DNA of 32,000 nucleotides, taken from Candidatus Saccharimonadota bacterium (GTDB lineage Archaea; Micrarchaeota; Micrarchaeia; Micrarchaeales; Micrarchaeaceae). Below, one piece after another: positions 7,282 through 15,629 of the stretch. Under the pieces are notes generated by a model. It had not been told where the DNA came from and made no database searches. It saw nothing but the letters and a program-made list of their open reading frames with translations. The stretch is taken from NCBI GenBank assembly GCA_963705375.1, contig OY970071.1, forward strand, positions 930,001-962,000, in the 5' to 3' direction. A program made the translations under genes and the position numbers. Position 1 is the first letter of the stretch, and every line of letters starts with the position of its first letter.

Positions 7282-10173
7282 ATGGTGCCAATGATTGACT
7301 ATAAGGCGATAGAGGAAAAGTGGCAGAAGGTCTGGGCAGACGCAAAAGTGTTCGAAGCCGAGCCTGACGACCGACCGGGTCTGCTCGTTACCGCTGCATT
7401 TCCATATGTCAACGCTCCGCAGCACATAGGCCACCTCAGGACTTACGGCACTACTGATATGTATGCTAGGTACAAGCGCATGCGTGGTCTCAACGTGCTG
7501 TTTCCTATGGGCATGCATGCGACAGGCACTCCTGTCATAGCGTTCGCCAAGAGGATCTCGAACAACGAGCAGGAGCTTATCGATGAGCTCAAGCTGTTCC
7601 ACATATCTGATGAAGACATAAAGAAGATGACAGACCCCAAGTACATAATCGACTACTTCGTCCCGATGACGGAAAAAGTGATGAGCAAGGCAGGGTACAG
7701 CATAGACTGGCGCAGGAAGTTCATATCGATAGAGCCGATATTCAGCAAGCTCATAGAGTGGCAGTTCCAGAATCTAAAGGAGAAAGGTTTGCTGAATCAG
7801 GGCCGGCACCCTCTCGGCTGGTGCACAAACGAAAACAATGCTGTCGGGCAGCACGACACAAAGCACGATGTGCAGCCAGAGATTGAGACAGTCACCGTGA
7901 TCAAGTTCAAAGACGCTTCAGCAGACGCTTTCTTCGCGTGCGCAACGTACAGGCCAGAAACTCTCTATGGTCTTACCAACATCTTCGTAGGAGAAACGAT
8001 CGAATACGTGACCGCAGAGATAGGCGGCACGACGTATTACATGTCAAAGGACACGGCCAAAGATCTCGGCAACCAGATGAGCATAGTGATAAAGGGCACA
8101 ATATCCGCAAAGGAGCTCCTGGGCAAGAAAGCGATAAACCCTATCAACGGCAAGGAAGTGCCCGTGCTGCCTGGTTTTTTTGTCAAGAGCAGCGTAGGTA
8201 CAGGCATAGTGATGAGTGTTCCTGCGCATGCGCCATTCGATTATGCTGCACTCGAACGCCTAAAGGCAACCGGGTATCCTGTGCCGAGCATGGAGTACAC
8301 AAAAGTTCTTGAGATAGAGCCCGTGAACGGCGTGACTATTGGAAGATCCTTGAGCGATGTCAATGCTGGAGAGGCTAAGGCCGAGCATCTCGAAATACCC
8401 GCACTTGCGGCTTTGGAAGTGCTTCACACAAATCCAAACGCAATAGATGACATGATAGAGTTCGCAACGAAGCTTCTGTACAGAGAGGAGTCGCACTGGG
8501 GCAAGATGATAGTCGGCAAGTACAAAGGCATGCGCGAGCCAGAGGCAAGGGATCTCATAAAATCAGACCTTATACAGAGCAAAGACGCGTTTGAGATATT
8601 CTCTCTGAGCAACGCTGAGCCTGTCTACTGCAGGTGCGGAACAAAAGTGATTGTCAAGACTGTGGAGGGGCAGTGGTTCATAAATTATGGCGACAAGAAG
8701 TGGAAGGACGACGCAAGGCTGGTGCTCAAAGGCATGTCTATATTCCCTGAGAAATACCGGCACACGTTCGAGAATGTAATTGACTGGATAGACATGCGTG
8801 CCACGGAAAGGGCGCAGGGGCTTGGCACTCCGTTCCCTCTCAATCCTAACCACATAATCGAGTCGCTGTCTGATTCGACAATATACATGCTATTCTACAC
8901 CTTCTCGCACATACTGCGCAGCAACAATGTCAAGCCAGAGCAACTTACGCCTGAATTCTTCGACTACGTCATATTGTCAAAGGGCGATGCTGACGCGGTT
9001 GCAAAATCCACGGGCATCGACAGCATAGTGGTAAAGAAGTGCAAGGACTCGCTCGAATACTGGTACAAGAGCACTTCGAGGCACTCTGGACCTGACCTGA
9101 TATACAATCACCTTACAATGTACATGTTCAACCATGTGGCTCTCCTCCCGCAGCAGTTCTGGCCCAAGCAGATTGTCGTGAATGGCTTCGTGAACTACGA
9201 AGGAGAAAAGATGAGCAAGAGCCTCGGCAACATAATACCCCTTACAGACGGTATAGAACAGTATGGTGCAGACCCGATGCGCTTCATAGAGATCGCTGGC
9301 GCAGAACTCGACACAGAGACAGAGTTCAGCACAACAGGTATAGAGAGCGTCAAGTCAAGGAACGAGTTCCTATACAAGCTCATTTCAGGTCTTCAGGCAA
9401 TGAAAAGCTCAGAGCTGTCCCACATAGACTATTGGCTCTACTCAAAACTCAACGCAAAGATAAAATATGCGACCGATTGCATGGATGCCCTGCGCATCAA
9501 AGAGGCCTACACCAGCATTTATTACAATTCCGTGTCTGAATTGAGGTGGTATTTCGAGCGCGGTGGCTCCAACGCCATAGCGGTGCGCGACTTCCTCGAA
9601 ACGGTAATACTCATGCTTTCGCCTGTGATGCCTCACATCGCGGAGGAATTCTGGCACATGCTGTATAAGAACACGCTCATAGCAAAGGAGCGCTGGCCTG
9701 AGTTCAATGCCCAGATGATAAATGAGGATGAAGAAGCGATAGAAGAAGAGATAAGAAAGACCGCAGAAGACCTTGACCAGAGCATCGCACTCACCGCGAA
9801 AATAGACGCAAACAAGGGCAAGAAGCTCGGCACGATACGCATAATACTTGCAGAAGACTGGAAGCTGAAGGCATTCAACATGCTTGCACAGACCAAGAAT
9901 ATTTCACAGGTCATGGGCAGCCCTGACTTATCGCTTGTAGACAAAGCGACGCTGTCGAAGTTCCTAACGCAGTTCTCTAAGAACATGCACGCCCTTGTCC
10001 CTATGCGTAACATGACAAGCGATGCCATACTGCGGGGCTTTGTCGAAGCTAAGGAGTATCTGGGCAAGAGGTTTGGCGCAGAGATTGTTGTGGAGCCAGA
10101 GGGTGCATCGAGATCCCCAAGGGCTTCAAGGTCGATGCCAGGCAAGCCAAGCATAGACCTATTGTGGCGGTGA
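7282..10173 (+). CDS. leuS: Leucyl-tRNA synthetase (archaeal type)
   Basis: 963 aa with a HIGH-type motif (PYVNAPQHIGHLRTY), a KMSKS motif (GEKMSKSLGN), and the N-terminal IEEKWQKVW...VLFPMGMHATGTPV pattern typical of archaeal LeuRS. Confidence 0.97.
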   Translation: MVPMIDYKAIEEKWQKVWADAKVFEAEPDDRPGLLVTAAFPYVNAPQHIGHLRTYGTTDMYARYKRMRGLNVLFPMGMHATGTPVIAFAKRISNNEQELIDELKLFHISDEDIKKMTDPKYIIDYFVPMTEKVMSKAGYSIDWRRKFISIEPIFSKLIEWQFQNLKEKGLLNQGRHPLGWCTNENNAVGQHDTKHDVQPEIETVTVIKFKDASADAFFACATYRPETLYGLTNIFVGETIEYVTAEIGGTTYYMSKDTAKDLGNQMSIVIKGTISAKELLGKKAINPINGKEVPVLPGFFVKSSVGTGIVMSVPAHAPFDYAALERLKATGYPVPSMEYTKVLEIEPVNGVTIGRSLSDVNAGEAKAEHLEIPALAALEVLHTNPNAIDDMIEFATKLLYREESHWGKMIVGKYKGMREPEARDLIKSDLIQSKDAFEIFSLSNAEPVYCRCGTKVIVKTVEGQWFINYGDKKWKDDARLVLKGMSIFPEKYRHTFENVIDWIDMRATERAQGLGTPFPLNPNHIIESLSDSTIYMLFYTFSHILRSNNVKPEQLTPEFFDYVILSKGDADAVAKSTGIDSIVVKKCKDSLEYWYKSTSRHSGPDLIYNHLTMYMFNHVALLPQQFWPKQIVVNGFVNYEGEKMSKSLGNIIPLTDGIEQYGADPMRFIEIAGAELDTETEFSTTGIESVKSRNEFLYKLISGLQAMKSSELSHIDYWLYSKLNAKIKYATDCMDALRIKEAYTSIYYNSVSELRWYFERGGSNAIAVRDFLETVILMLSPVMPHIAEEFWHMLYKNTLIAKERWPEFNAQMINEDEEAIEEEIRKTAEDLDQSIALTAKIDANKGKKLGTIRIILAEDWKLKAFNMLAQTKNISQVMGSPDLSLVDKATLSKFLTQFSKNMHALVPMRNMTSDAILRGFVEAKEYLGKRFGAEIVVEPEGASRSPRASRSMPGKPSIDLLWR

Positions 10174-10176
10174 ACA

Positions 10177-10830
10177 ATGCCCTCCAATACCGAGCTGCGC
10201 AATCTCGCTAAGAAGTACAAGCTTTTCGTGTTTGACTGGGACGGCACGCTCCTTTATATGCGCTTTCCACTGGCCGTGAACGAGTCGATAAAGCGCGCGT
10301 TGAGGCTGTGGAACGTGTCTGCGCCAAAAAGGCTTGTCGATACGCACGATTGCGAATTCAAAAAGACGCTGGTCCATGAGGAGATCAAGAACAGGATCTT
10401 CACCTTCTTCGCGGACATGATATTCCTGTTGAACAAGCCGAAACTGCACAATGATACCATAAGGATACTCAAGATGCTGAAGAAGGAGCACAAACTCATA
10501 GCGATATTCTCGAACAGCGGGCGCTACAGGCTGCTCAAAGAGATCTCATATCTCGGAGTAAAGGACTACTTCGACCTGATAGTGAGCGCGCGCGAATACC
10601 ACGCAACAAAACCTGATCCTGCAGGCCTCAAGGCATTGCTCCACAGGATGAATATAAAGCCCGGCGACTCAGTGTACTTCGGCGACATGGTGGACGATGT
10701 GATAGCTGCAGAACTGGCGCATATGCACACTTGCGGAGTTGCGGACGGCTTCGACAGCTACCACACCCTCAAGAGCGCAAAACCCGAGCACCTGTTCAAG
10801 AGCATGGAGGAGCTAAGCAAGGCATTGTAG
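10177..10830 (+). CDS. HAD-superfamily hydrolase (phosphatase, Gph-like)
   Basis: HAD motif I is FVFDWDGTL (DxDxT), motif II is IFSNS, and motif IV is YFGDMVDDVIAA. The gene starts 4 nt after the leuS stop. Confidence 0.8.
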   Translation: MPSNTELRNLAKKYKLFVFDWDGTLLYMRFPLAVNESIKRALRLWNVSAPKRLVDTHDCEFKKTLVHEEIKNRIFTFFADMIFLLNKPKLHNDTIRILKMLKKEHKLIAIFSNSGRYRLLKEISYLGVKDYFDLIVSAREYHATKPDPAGLKALLHRMNIKPGDSVYFGDMVDDVIAAELAHMHTCGVADGFDSYHTLKSAKPEHLFKSMEELSKAL

Positions 10831-10934
10831 GCCAAAACCATGTCCTGGCCGATTATTTCCTAATCCAAAGCCGGCAAATCGAGGAAAAAGACAGGTATAA
10901 ATATCTGGAAATATCCAACGGATTTCGTGGTTTG

Positions 10935-11723
10935 ATGAATTCAAACGCTTTGGGCAAGGCAATGCCTCTTGATGAGCAGATCAACGAACTTGACAAGGCT
11001 TCTTACAACTTTAAACAGGCCTATCAAGAATTTAACAGGAATCCTCGAAACTTTGGGCAGAACAAGGAAGACGTAGATGCTCTATGCACCGGTGCCGTGT
11101 TATGTATGCTATCCAAAAGGTATCGTGATGCGACCGAAGTGTGCGAGAAGATACTGGGTCTGGATCCGGTACGCGAAATTCTTGAAAAAGGGCTGAAAGA
11201 TGCTGCATCTGAGAAGAGACTGCTTGAAAACACATTCACATACAAGGCGATTGCCCTGGCAGGTCTCGACAATCTCGGTCCTGCACTATCATCTTTTCAA
11301 ATGGCAAATGCGCTCGGTACGTTGGCTCTTGACAAGTCAGAAAGAGATTATGAACGCGCTGACGTTGGCATTGAACTTGCCTGCGAAATCACCAAGCTTC
11401 ACTCAAAATTAAAGCAGAACCCCGAAGACCCAGAACCGCTGTGCAAAAGTGCGGCGGTGGTGATGCTGCTTAGGCGATACTCCGACGCGATTGATGCATG
11501 CGAGAGTGTGTTGGGCATGGTGCCTCTACCAAAAATACGCGAAAATGAGGTGACTAGTGCCGTGCTGCCAGAAGATGGAACGTTCAGAAAAGTATTGGTG
11601 CTTGAGAGGACGTATGTGTATGAGGCGATAGCGTTCGCAGGCATCGATGAGTCCAGCGCCGCCCTTGCGGCTTTTGCAACCGCAAATAGGCTTGGCACCT
11701 TGATAAGGCGCAACGAGCCGTGA
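10935..11723 (+). CDS. Hypothetical helical-repeat protein with an internal ~126-aa duplication
   Basis: The start was trimmed from the 10731 ORF, which overlaps the HAD gene, to the ATG at 10935, about 32 nt downstream of the TATA-like tataaata (10896-10903). The two halves align, for example NPRNFGQN..ALCTGAVLCMLSKRYRDATEVCEKILGLDP...ANALGTL against NPEDPEPLCKSAAVVMLLRRYSDAIDACESVLGMVP...ANRLGTL. Confidence 0.6.
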   Translation: MNSNALGKAMPLDEQINELDKASYNFKQAYQEFNRNPRNFGQNKEDVDALCTGAVLCMLSKRYRDATEVCEKILGLDPVREILEKGLKDAASEKRLLENTFTYKAIALAGLDNLGPALSSFQMANALGTLALDKSERDYERADVGIELACEITKLHSKLKQNPEDPEPLCKSAAVVMLLRRYSDAIDACESVLGMVPLPKIRENEVTSAVLPEDGTFRKVLVLERTYVYEAIAFAGIDESSAALAAFATANRLGTLIRRNEP

Positions 11724-11766
11724 ACGCAAGTAGTTGGTTCAAGGCCATTTACTGTACTAGGATAAA

Positions 11767-13020
11767 ATGAGGATTACCATGGTCACGCTTACAAAATTAC
11801 AACCGCTGTTGCCCAATGTCGAAGTGCTGACATACCAATCTGGTAGGTTTCCTATCCAATTAGAAATTCCAAAGTCCTCGACACTTTCCGAGCAGGACAT
11901 AGAGAAAATACTAAGGGTTAGCAGCTGGGAGACCAGTCCAGATAAAATCGCAGATGGCTACGAAGGCGGCAGATCGGTACTTTTGCTCAGGGAAAATCCC
12001 ATTCAGAAAGGGCCGATAGGGCTGCCAAGTCTGCAGGTCAGCGGGATAGGCTTTAGAGAAATTGATTTTTCTGGAAGCCTTCCGACCACTAACGAAGTAT
12101 TCTATCCTCCCAGCTCGGAGAATTTCATGAGCCGTGTTCCTGAAACTGTGATGGGGACAAGCTACGCCAAAGGCACTGAGTTAAAGGCAGACCGACCTAC
12201 GTATCTGCCGATAGGAACATATACTGCATCCGGATTGCTCAAGAAAGTAAAGAACACTCAGAAAGTCGCAGAGCTCGACCTAGAAAATATGATCGTGCCT
12301 CACGTTGAAGCTTATGGTAGATATCTAGATGCGAAGCTGCGAAACGAGGAAGGTCCCTTCGGATTTATAGTGCTTCCAAGTCCGGATCCGAAAAAGTCAA
12401 GAGCTGCAAACGATTTCTTTGGACAGTTCTGTAAAGTTGTACGCAGAGGCAACAGGGTAGATACTGACGCCACAATGGCATTCTACTACGGGCTTTCCCC
12501 ATACATAGCTGTGATGGCTAACGGACTTAGGGAACTGCACGACAAAGGCAGACTTGTGCACCTCCAAACTCACTTGGAGAATTTCTATGTTGTTAACGGG
12601 AAGCCGTATGTCGTGGATTGGACTACGATGAAACGGCTCGGAGAAAATGTAGAAGAGAACATTATCAACAGGACAATAGATCTAAAGAGGCCGGTTGATG
12701 ATTTTGGCACCCTTTTCTCTAAGGTCTTTCCGAATGTTCCTAAGGAGGTTAGGGCTGGAATAGTCATGCTGGTCGAAGAGGCGTCAATGGAGGTATATTC
12801 TGGCCATCCTGAAAAAGAGATAAAGCTTCTTTCTATCGTTGACAAACAACGTCCTGATTTAAGAAATAAGATGACCGAGTTCGACGCCATGGTGCAGTGG
12901 ATGAAGGATGAATGCATCGAAGGCTACAAAGAAAGAAAAGCGGACAAGACCGAGCCTCCGCATGGTTCCGGAAAGAAGTCCAAGCAATGGCGTGCTGCGC
13001 TCCTCCGCAAAGGTTCGTAG
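11767..13020 (+). CDS. Hypothetical protein; possible protein-kinase-like fold lacking the catalytic Asp
   Basis: A 417-aa ORF with no competing ORF. The segment LVHLQTHLENFYVVNGKPYVVDWTTM resembles the HxDxxxxN ... D(W/F) catalytic core of APH/choline-kinase-type kinases but has Gln in place of Asp. The C-terminal tail is Lys-rich. The product assignment is weak. Confidence 0.6.
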   Translation: MRITMVTLTKLQPLLPNVEVLTYQSGRFPIQLEIPKSSTLSEQDIEKILRVSSWETSPDKIADGYEGGRSVLLLRENPIQKGPIGLPSLQVSGIGFREIDFSGSLPTTNEVFYPPSSENFMSRVPETVMGTSYAKGTELKADRPTYLPIGTYTASGLLKKVKNTQKVAELDLENMIVPHVEAYGRYLDAKLRNEEGPFGFIVLPSPDPKKSRAANDFFGQFCKVVRRGNRVDTDATMAFYYGLSPYIAVMANGLRELHDKGRLVHLQTHLENFYVVNGKPYVVDWTTMKRLGENVEENIINRTIDLKRPVDDFGTLFSKVFPNVPKEVRAGIVMLVEEASMEVYSGHPEKEIKLLSIVDKQRPDLRNKMTEFDAMVQWMKDECIEGYKERKADKTEPPHGSGKKSKQWRAALLRKGS

Positions 13021-13414
13021 TGAATCGCAATCTGATTCTCCGACACGTTTTCTTGTCAAAAACTTTAAGGTAGTGGCAGGCCGTAGCCCTCTTTTTGTTT
13101 TAGGCAGCATCAGTCTAAGCGGCGTTTACGCCTTGCATACTCATCGCGCACGCATCGGCCGTTTCATCCGTATCTGCAAGCTCGTCGTGTCATCGCTTAT
13201 ATGCAGCAACGGTCTCGTTTCTGTTCCGAATTAGGCGTTATGCCATGTGCGGCTCTGTATGAGAGGAGCTTCCTCCTTTCGGTAGGCTGCCCGCCTGCCA
13301 CCAAATAAAAAGGGCATTTAACATCTATAAGCGTTACCAATAGCACACACCGTTTTAGAATGTGTCTGATTCGACCTAGAAATATTTTACGAGGCCATTA
13401 TGCCTTTTAAAGAA

Positions 13415-13449
13415 CCAAAAGATACCTATTTATATGTAAAAAAGGCAAT
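13415..13449 (+). promoter_or_regulatory. Putative archaeal promoter (A-rich BRE-like tract plus TATA box tatttatatg at 13427-13436) of repeat-protein gene 1
   Basis: The same element precedes all four paralogues (15984-15993, 19548-19557, 22356-22365). It lies only 22-23 nt upstream of the first ATG, which implies a leaderless mRNA or use of the Met-6 codon. Confidence 0.5.
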
Positions 13450-15243
13450 ATGATTCTTGTTCTTATGATCGACAGAAACTTTGACCCTACAAAAGGCAAA
13501 GAGTCTAGAAATTCGCAAGATCCTATTTCGGAAATATTGCGCGACGAAGCAGAAGAGCAACATGACAGTGCAGCATCTGTAGTCGAAGATCAGACGAATC
13601 AAGACAAGAAAATACGGCTGCTAAACGACCACGACATTATTGTTTCTGCATCAGATTTTGTCTTAGACGCGAGTTTGGTGACTCTAACTGAGAATGTCAA
13701 AACTTTAGAAGACAACCACCTTCCCCTCGATAAGTCAATAGAAGTCCTACGCTCCGATCCCCAGCGCCTAAGAGACAACATCCAGACCCTCACAGCCAAC
13801 CACCTCCCTCTCGACCAGTCGATAGCAGTCCTGGGCTCCGACCCCCAGCACCTGAGAGACAACATCCAGACCCTCACCGACAGCCACCTTCCCCTCGATA
13901 AGTCAATAGAAGTCCTACGCTCCGATCCCCAGCGCCTAAGAGACAACATCCAGACCCTCACAGCCAACCACCTCCCTCTCGACCAGTCGATAGCAGTCCT
14001 GGGCTCCGACCCCCAGCACCTGAGAGACAACATCCAGACCCTCACCGACAGCCACCTTCCCCTCGATAAGTCAATAGAAGTCCTACGCTCCGATCCCCAG
14101 CGCCTAAAAGACAACATCCAGACCCTCACCGACAACCACCTCCCTCTTGATCAGTCGATAGAAGTCCTAGGCTCCGACCCCCAGCGCCTAAAAGACAACA
14201 TCCAGACCCTCACCGACAACCACCTCCCTCTTGATCAGTCAATAGAAGCCCTAGGCTCCGATCCCCAGCACCTAAAAGACAACATCCAGACCCTCACCGA
14301 CAACCACCTCCCTATTGATCAATCGATAGAAGTCCTGATGTCCGACCCTCAGCACCTAAGAGACAACATCCAGACCCTCACCGCCAACCATCTTCCCCTC
14401 GACCAGTCGATATTCGTCTTGGGCTCAGATCCCCAGCGCCTAAAAGACAACATCCAGACCCTCACAGCCAACCACCTCCCTCTTGATCAGTCGATAGAAG
14501 TCCTACGCTCCGATCCCCAGCGCCTAAGAGACAACATCCAGACCCTCACAGCCAACCACCTCCCTCTCGACCAGTCGATAGCAGTCCTGGGCTCCGACCC
14601 CCAGCACCTGAGAGACAACATCCAGACCCTCACCGACAGCCACCTTCCCCTCGATAAGTCAATAGAAGTCCTACGCTCCGACCCCCAGCACCTAAGAGAC
14701 AACATCCAGACACTCACAGCCAACCACCTTCCCCTCGATAAGTCAATAAGCGTTCTAAGCTCCGACCCCCAGCGCCTAAAAGACAACATTCAGATTTTCC
14801 GAGCAAACAGTCTTCCCATCGCCCATTCGATATCCGCTCTAAGTGCCGATCCTGCCCGTATAAAAAAGAACATCACTCTATTATCCGAGCATAATGTTTC
14901 TCTCACCAAATCAATCCGGGTTCTGACTGGCGACCCTGTGCACGTCGAAGAAAATATCGCGACGCTGGAGGCTAGAGAAATAGATTTCGCAAAAGCAACT
15001 GATGTTTTACGTGCAAATCCCGGACATTTGAGGGAGAACATCGTGACTTTGGATGCCGCTGAAATCGATTTTACCAATACGGTTTCTGTCCTAAATGCAA
15101 ATCCAAAGTCCCTTAAGGAAAACATCCAGACCCTGATCAGTCTGGGAATGAACCCCTCAGAGTTCCCGCAACCGTCCCTTCTTAAGTACTCGCCCAAACG
15201 ATTTAGAAAGGCCTTGGCGGAATTGATGGCTATTTCTGTATGA
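13450..15243 (+). CDS. 28-aa-repeat alpha-solenoid-like protein, paralogue 1 (597 aa; 13 canonical + 4 degenerate repeats + cap)
   Basis: A single long ORF with a unique acidic N-terminus (no signal peptide), 13 in-frame repeats of NIQTLT[AD][NS]HLP[LI]D[QK]SI[AEFS][VA]L[GRMS]SDP[QR][HR]L[RK]D, then 4 degenerate repeats and a C-terminal cap. The periodicity and pattern are mTERF-like. An alternative start is Met-6 at 13465. Confidence 0.85.
   Translation: MILVLMIDRNFDPTKGKESRNSQDPISEILRDEAEEQHDSAASVVEDQTNQDKKIRLLNDHDIIVSASDFVLDASLVTLTENVKTLEDNHLPLDKSIEVLRSDPQRLRDNIQTLTANHLPLDQSIAVLGSDPQHLRDNIQTLTDSHLPLDKSIEVLRSDPQRLRDNIQTLTANHLPLDQSIAVLGSDPQHLRDNIQTLTDSHLPLDKSIEVLRSDPQRLKDNIQTLTDNHLPLDQSIEVLGSDPQRLKDNIQTLTDNHLPLDQSIEALGSDPQHLKDNIQTLTDNHLPIDQSIEVLMSDPQHLRDNIQTLTANHLPLDQSIFVLGSDPQRLKDNIQTLTANHLPLDQSIEVLRSDPQRLRDNIQTLTANHLPLDQSIAVLGSDPQHLRDNIQTLTDSHLPLDKSIEVLRSDPQHLRDNIQTLTANHLPLDKSISVLSSDPQRLKDNIQIFRANSLPIAHSISALSADPARIKKNITLLSEHNVSLTKSIRVLTGDPVHVEENIATLEAREIDFAKATDVLRANPGHLRENIVTLDAAEIDFTNTVSVLNANPKSLKENIQTLISLGMNPSEFPQPSLLKYSPKRFRKALAELMAISV
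13693..14784 (+). repeat. Array of 13 near-identical in-frame 84-bp units (coding)
   Basis: An 84-nt period is visible directly, for example caaccacctccctctcgaccag at 13797 and cagccaccttcccctcgataag at 13881. The coding strand is C-rich and G-poor (37 C against 15 G in a representative unit). Confidence 0.95.
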
Positions 15244-15252
15244 TGCCGATTT

Positions 15253-15624
15253 ATGCCGTTTGGTGTGTCTGCGTCTTGCCTATTAGACCAATGCGTAAAA
15301 CCTTTTATTGATTGTTATCCATACGGTATCGTGGTGACCATGGCCGCACTGTCCATCAGCAGCACACTCCTGGGAGAGATCGTACTCATAGCGCTGATAG
15401 CGGTCGTTCTGTTCATCATATTCAAGCTGGGCAAGTTCTTCTTCAAGCTTATCTTTGGAATATTAGCGAATAGCATATTGGGTCTGATAGCGATATTTGT
15501 TCTAAACGATTTCCTGAATTTCAGCATACCGATAAGTTTTGCTACGATGGTTCCAACAGCGATATTCGGTCTGCCTGCCGTGGGCACTCTTGTGATACTG
15601 CGCTTCTTCGGAATACCCCTCTGA
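15253..15624 (+). CDS. BofA-like small integral membrane protein, copy 1
   Basis: The gene starts 9 nt after the repeat-protein stop. The C-terminal half ANSILGLIAIFVLNDFLNFSIPISFATMVPTAIFGLPAVGTLVILRFF resembles the BofA family pattern (..N.....I.iP.N..T......LG.PG...L...) as I recall it. An alternative start at 15340 (MAALSISS..., preceded by ggtga) would give a BofA-typical ~94 aa. Confidence 0.65.
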   Translation: MPFGVSASCLLDQCVKPFIDCYPYGIVVTMAALSISSTLLGEIVLIALIAVVLFIIFKLGKFFFKLIFGILANSILGLIAIFVLNDFLNFSIPISFATMVPTAIFGLPAVGTLVILRFFGIPL

Positions 15625-15629
15625 AAGGA

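Noticed and set aside
10731-10934. The upstream part of the 330-aa ORF overlapping the HAD hydrolase gene.
   Set aside because: It overlaps the 3' 100 nt of a well-supported gene in another frame. A TATA-like element (10896-10903) and the ATG at 10935 give a more plausible start.
12859-13234. Small ORFs (83 aa on the minus strand, 108 aa on the plus strand) at the 3' end of the 417-aa gene and extending into the gap.
   Set aside because: They overlap the better-supported 11767-13020 CDS. They have no promoter-like element, no motif and an atypical composition, so the region beyond 13020 is treated as non-coding.
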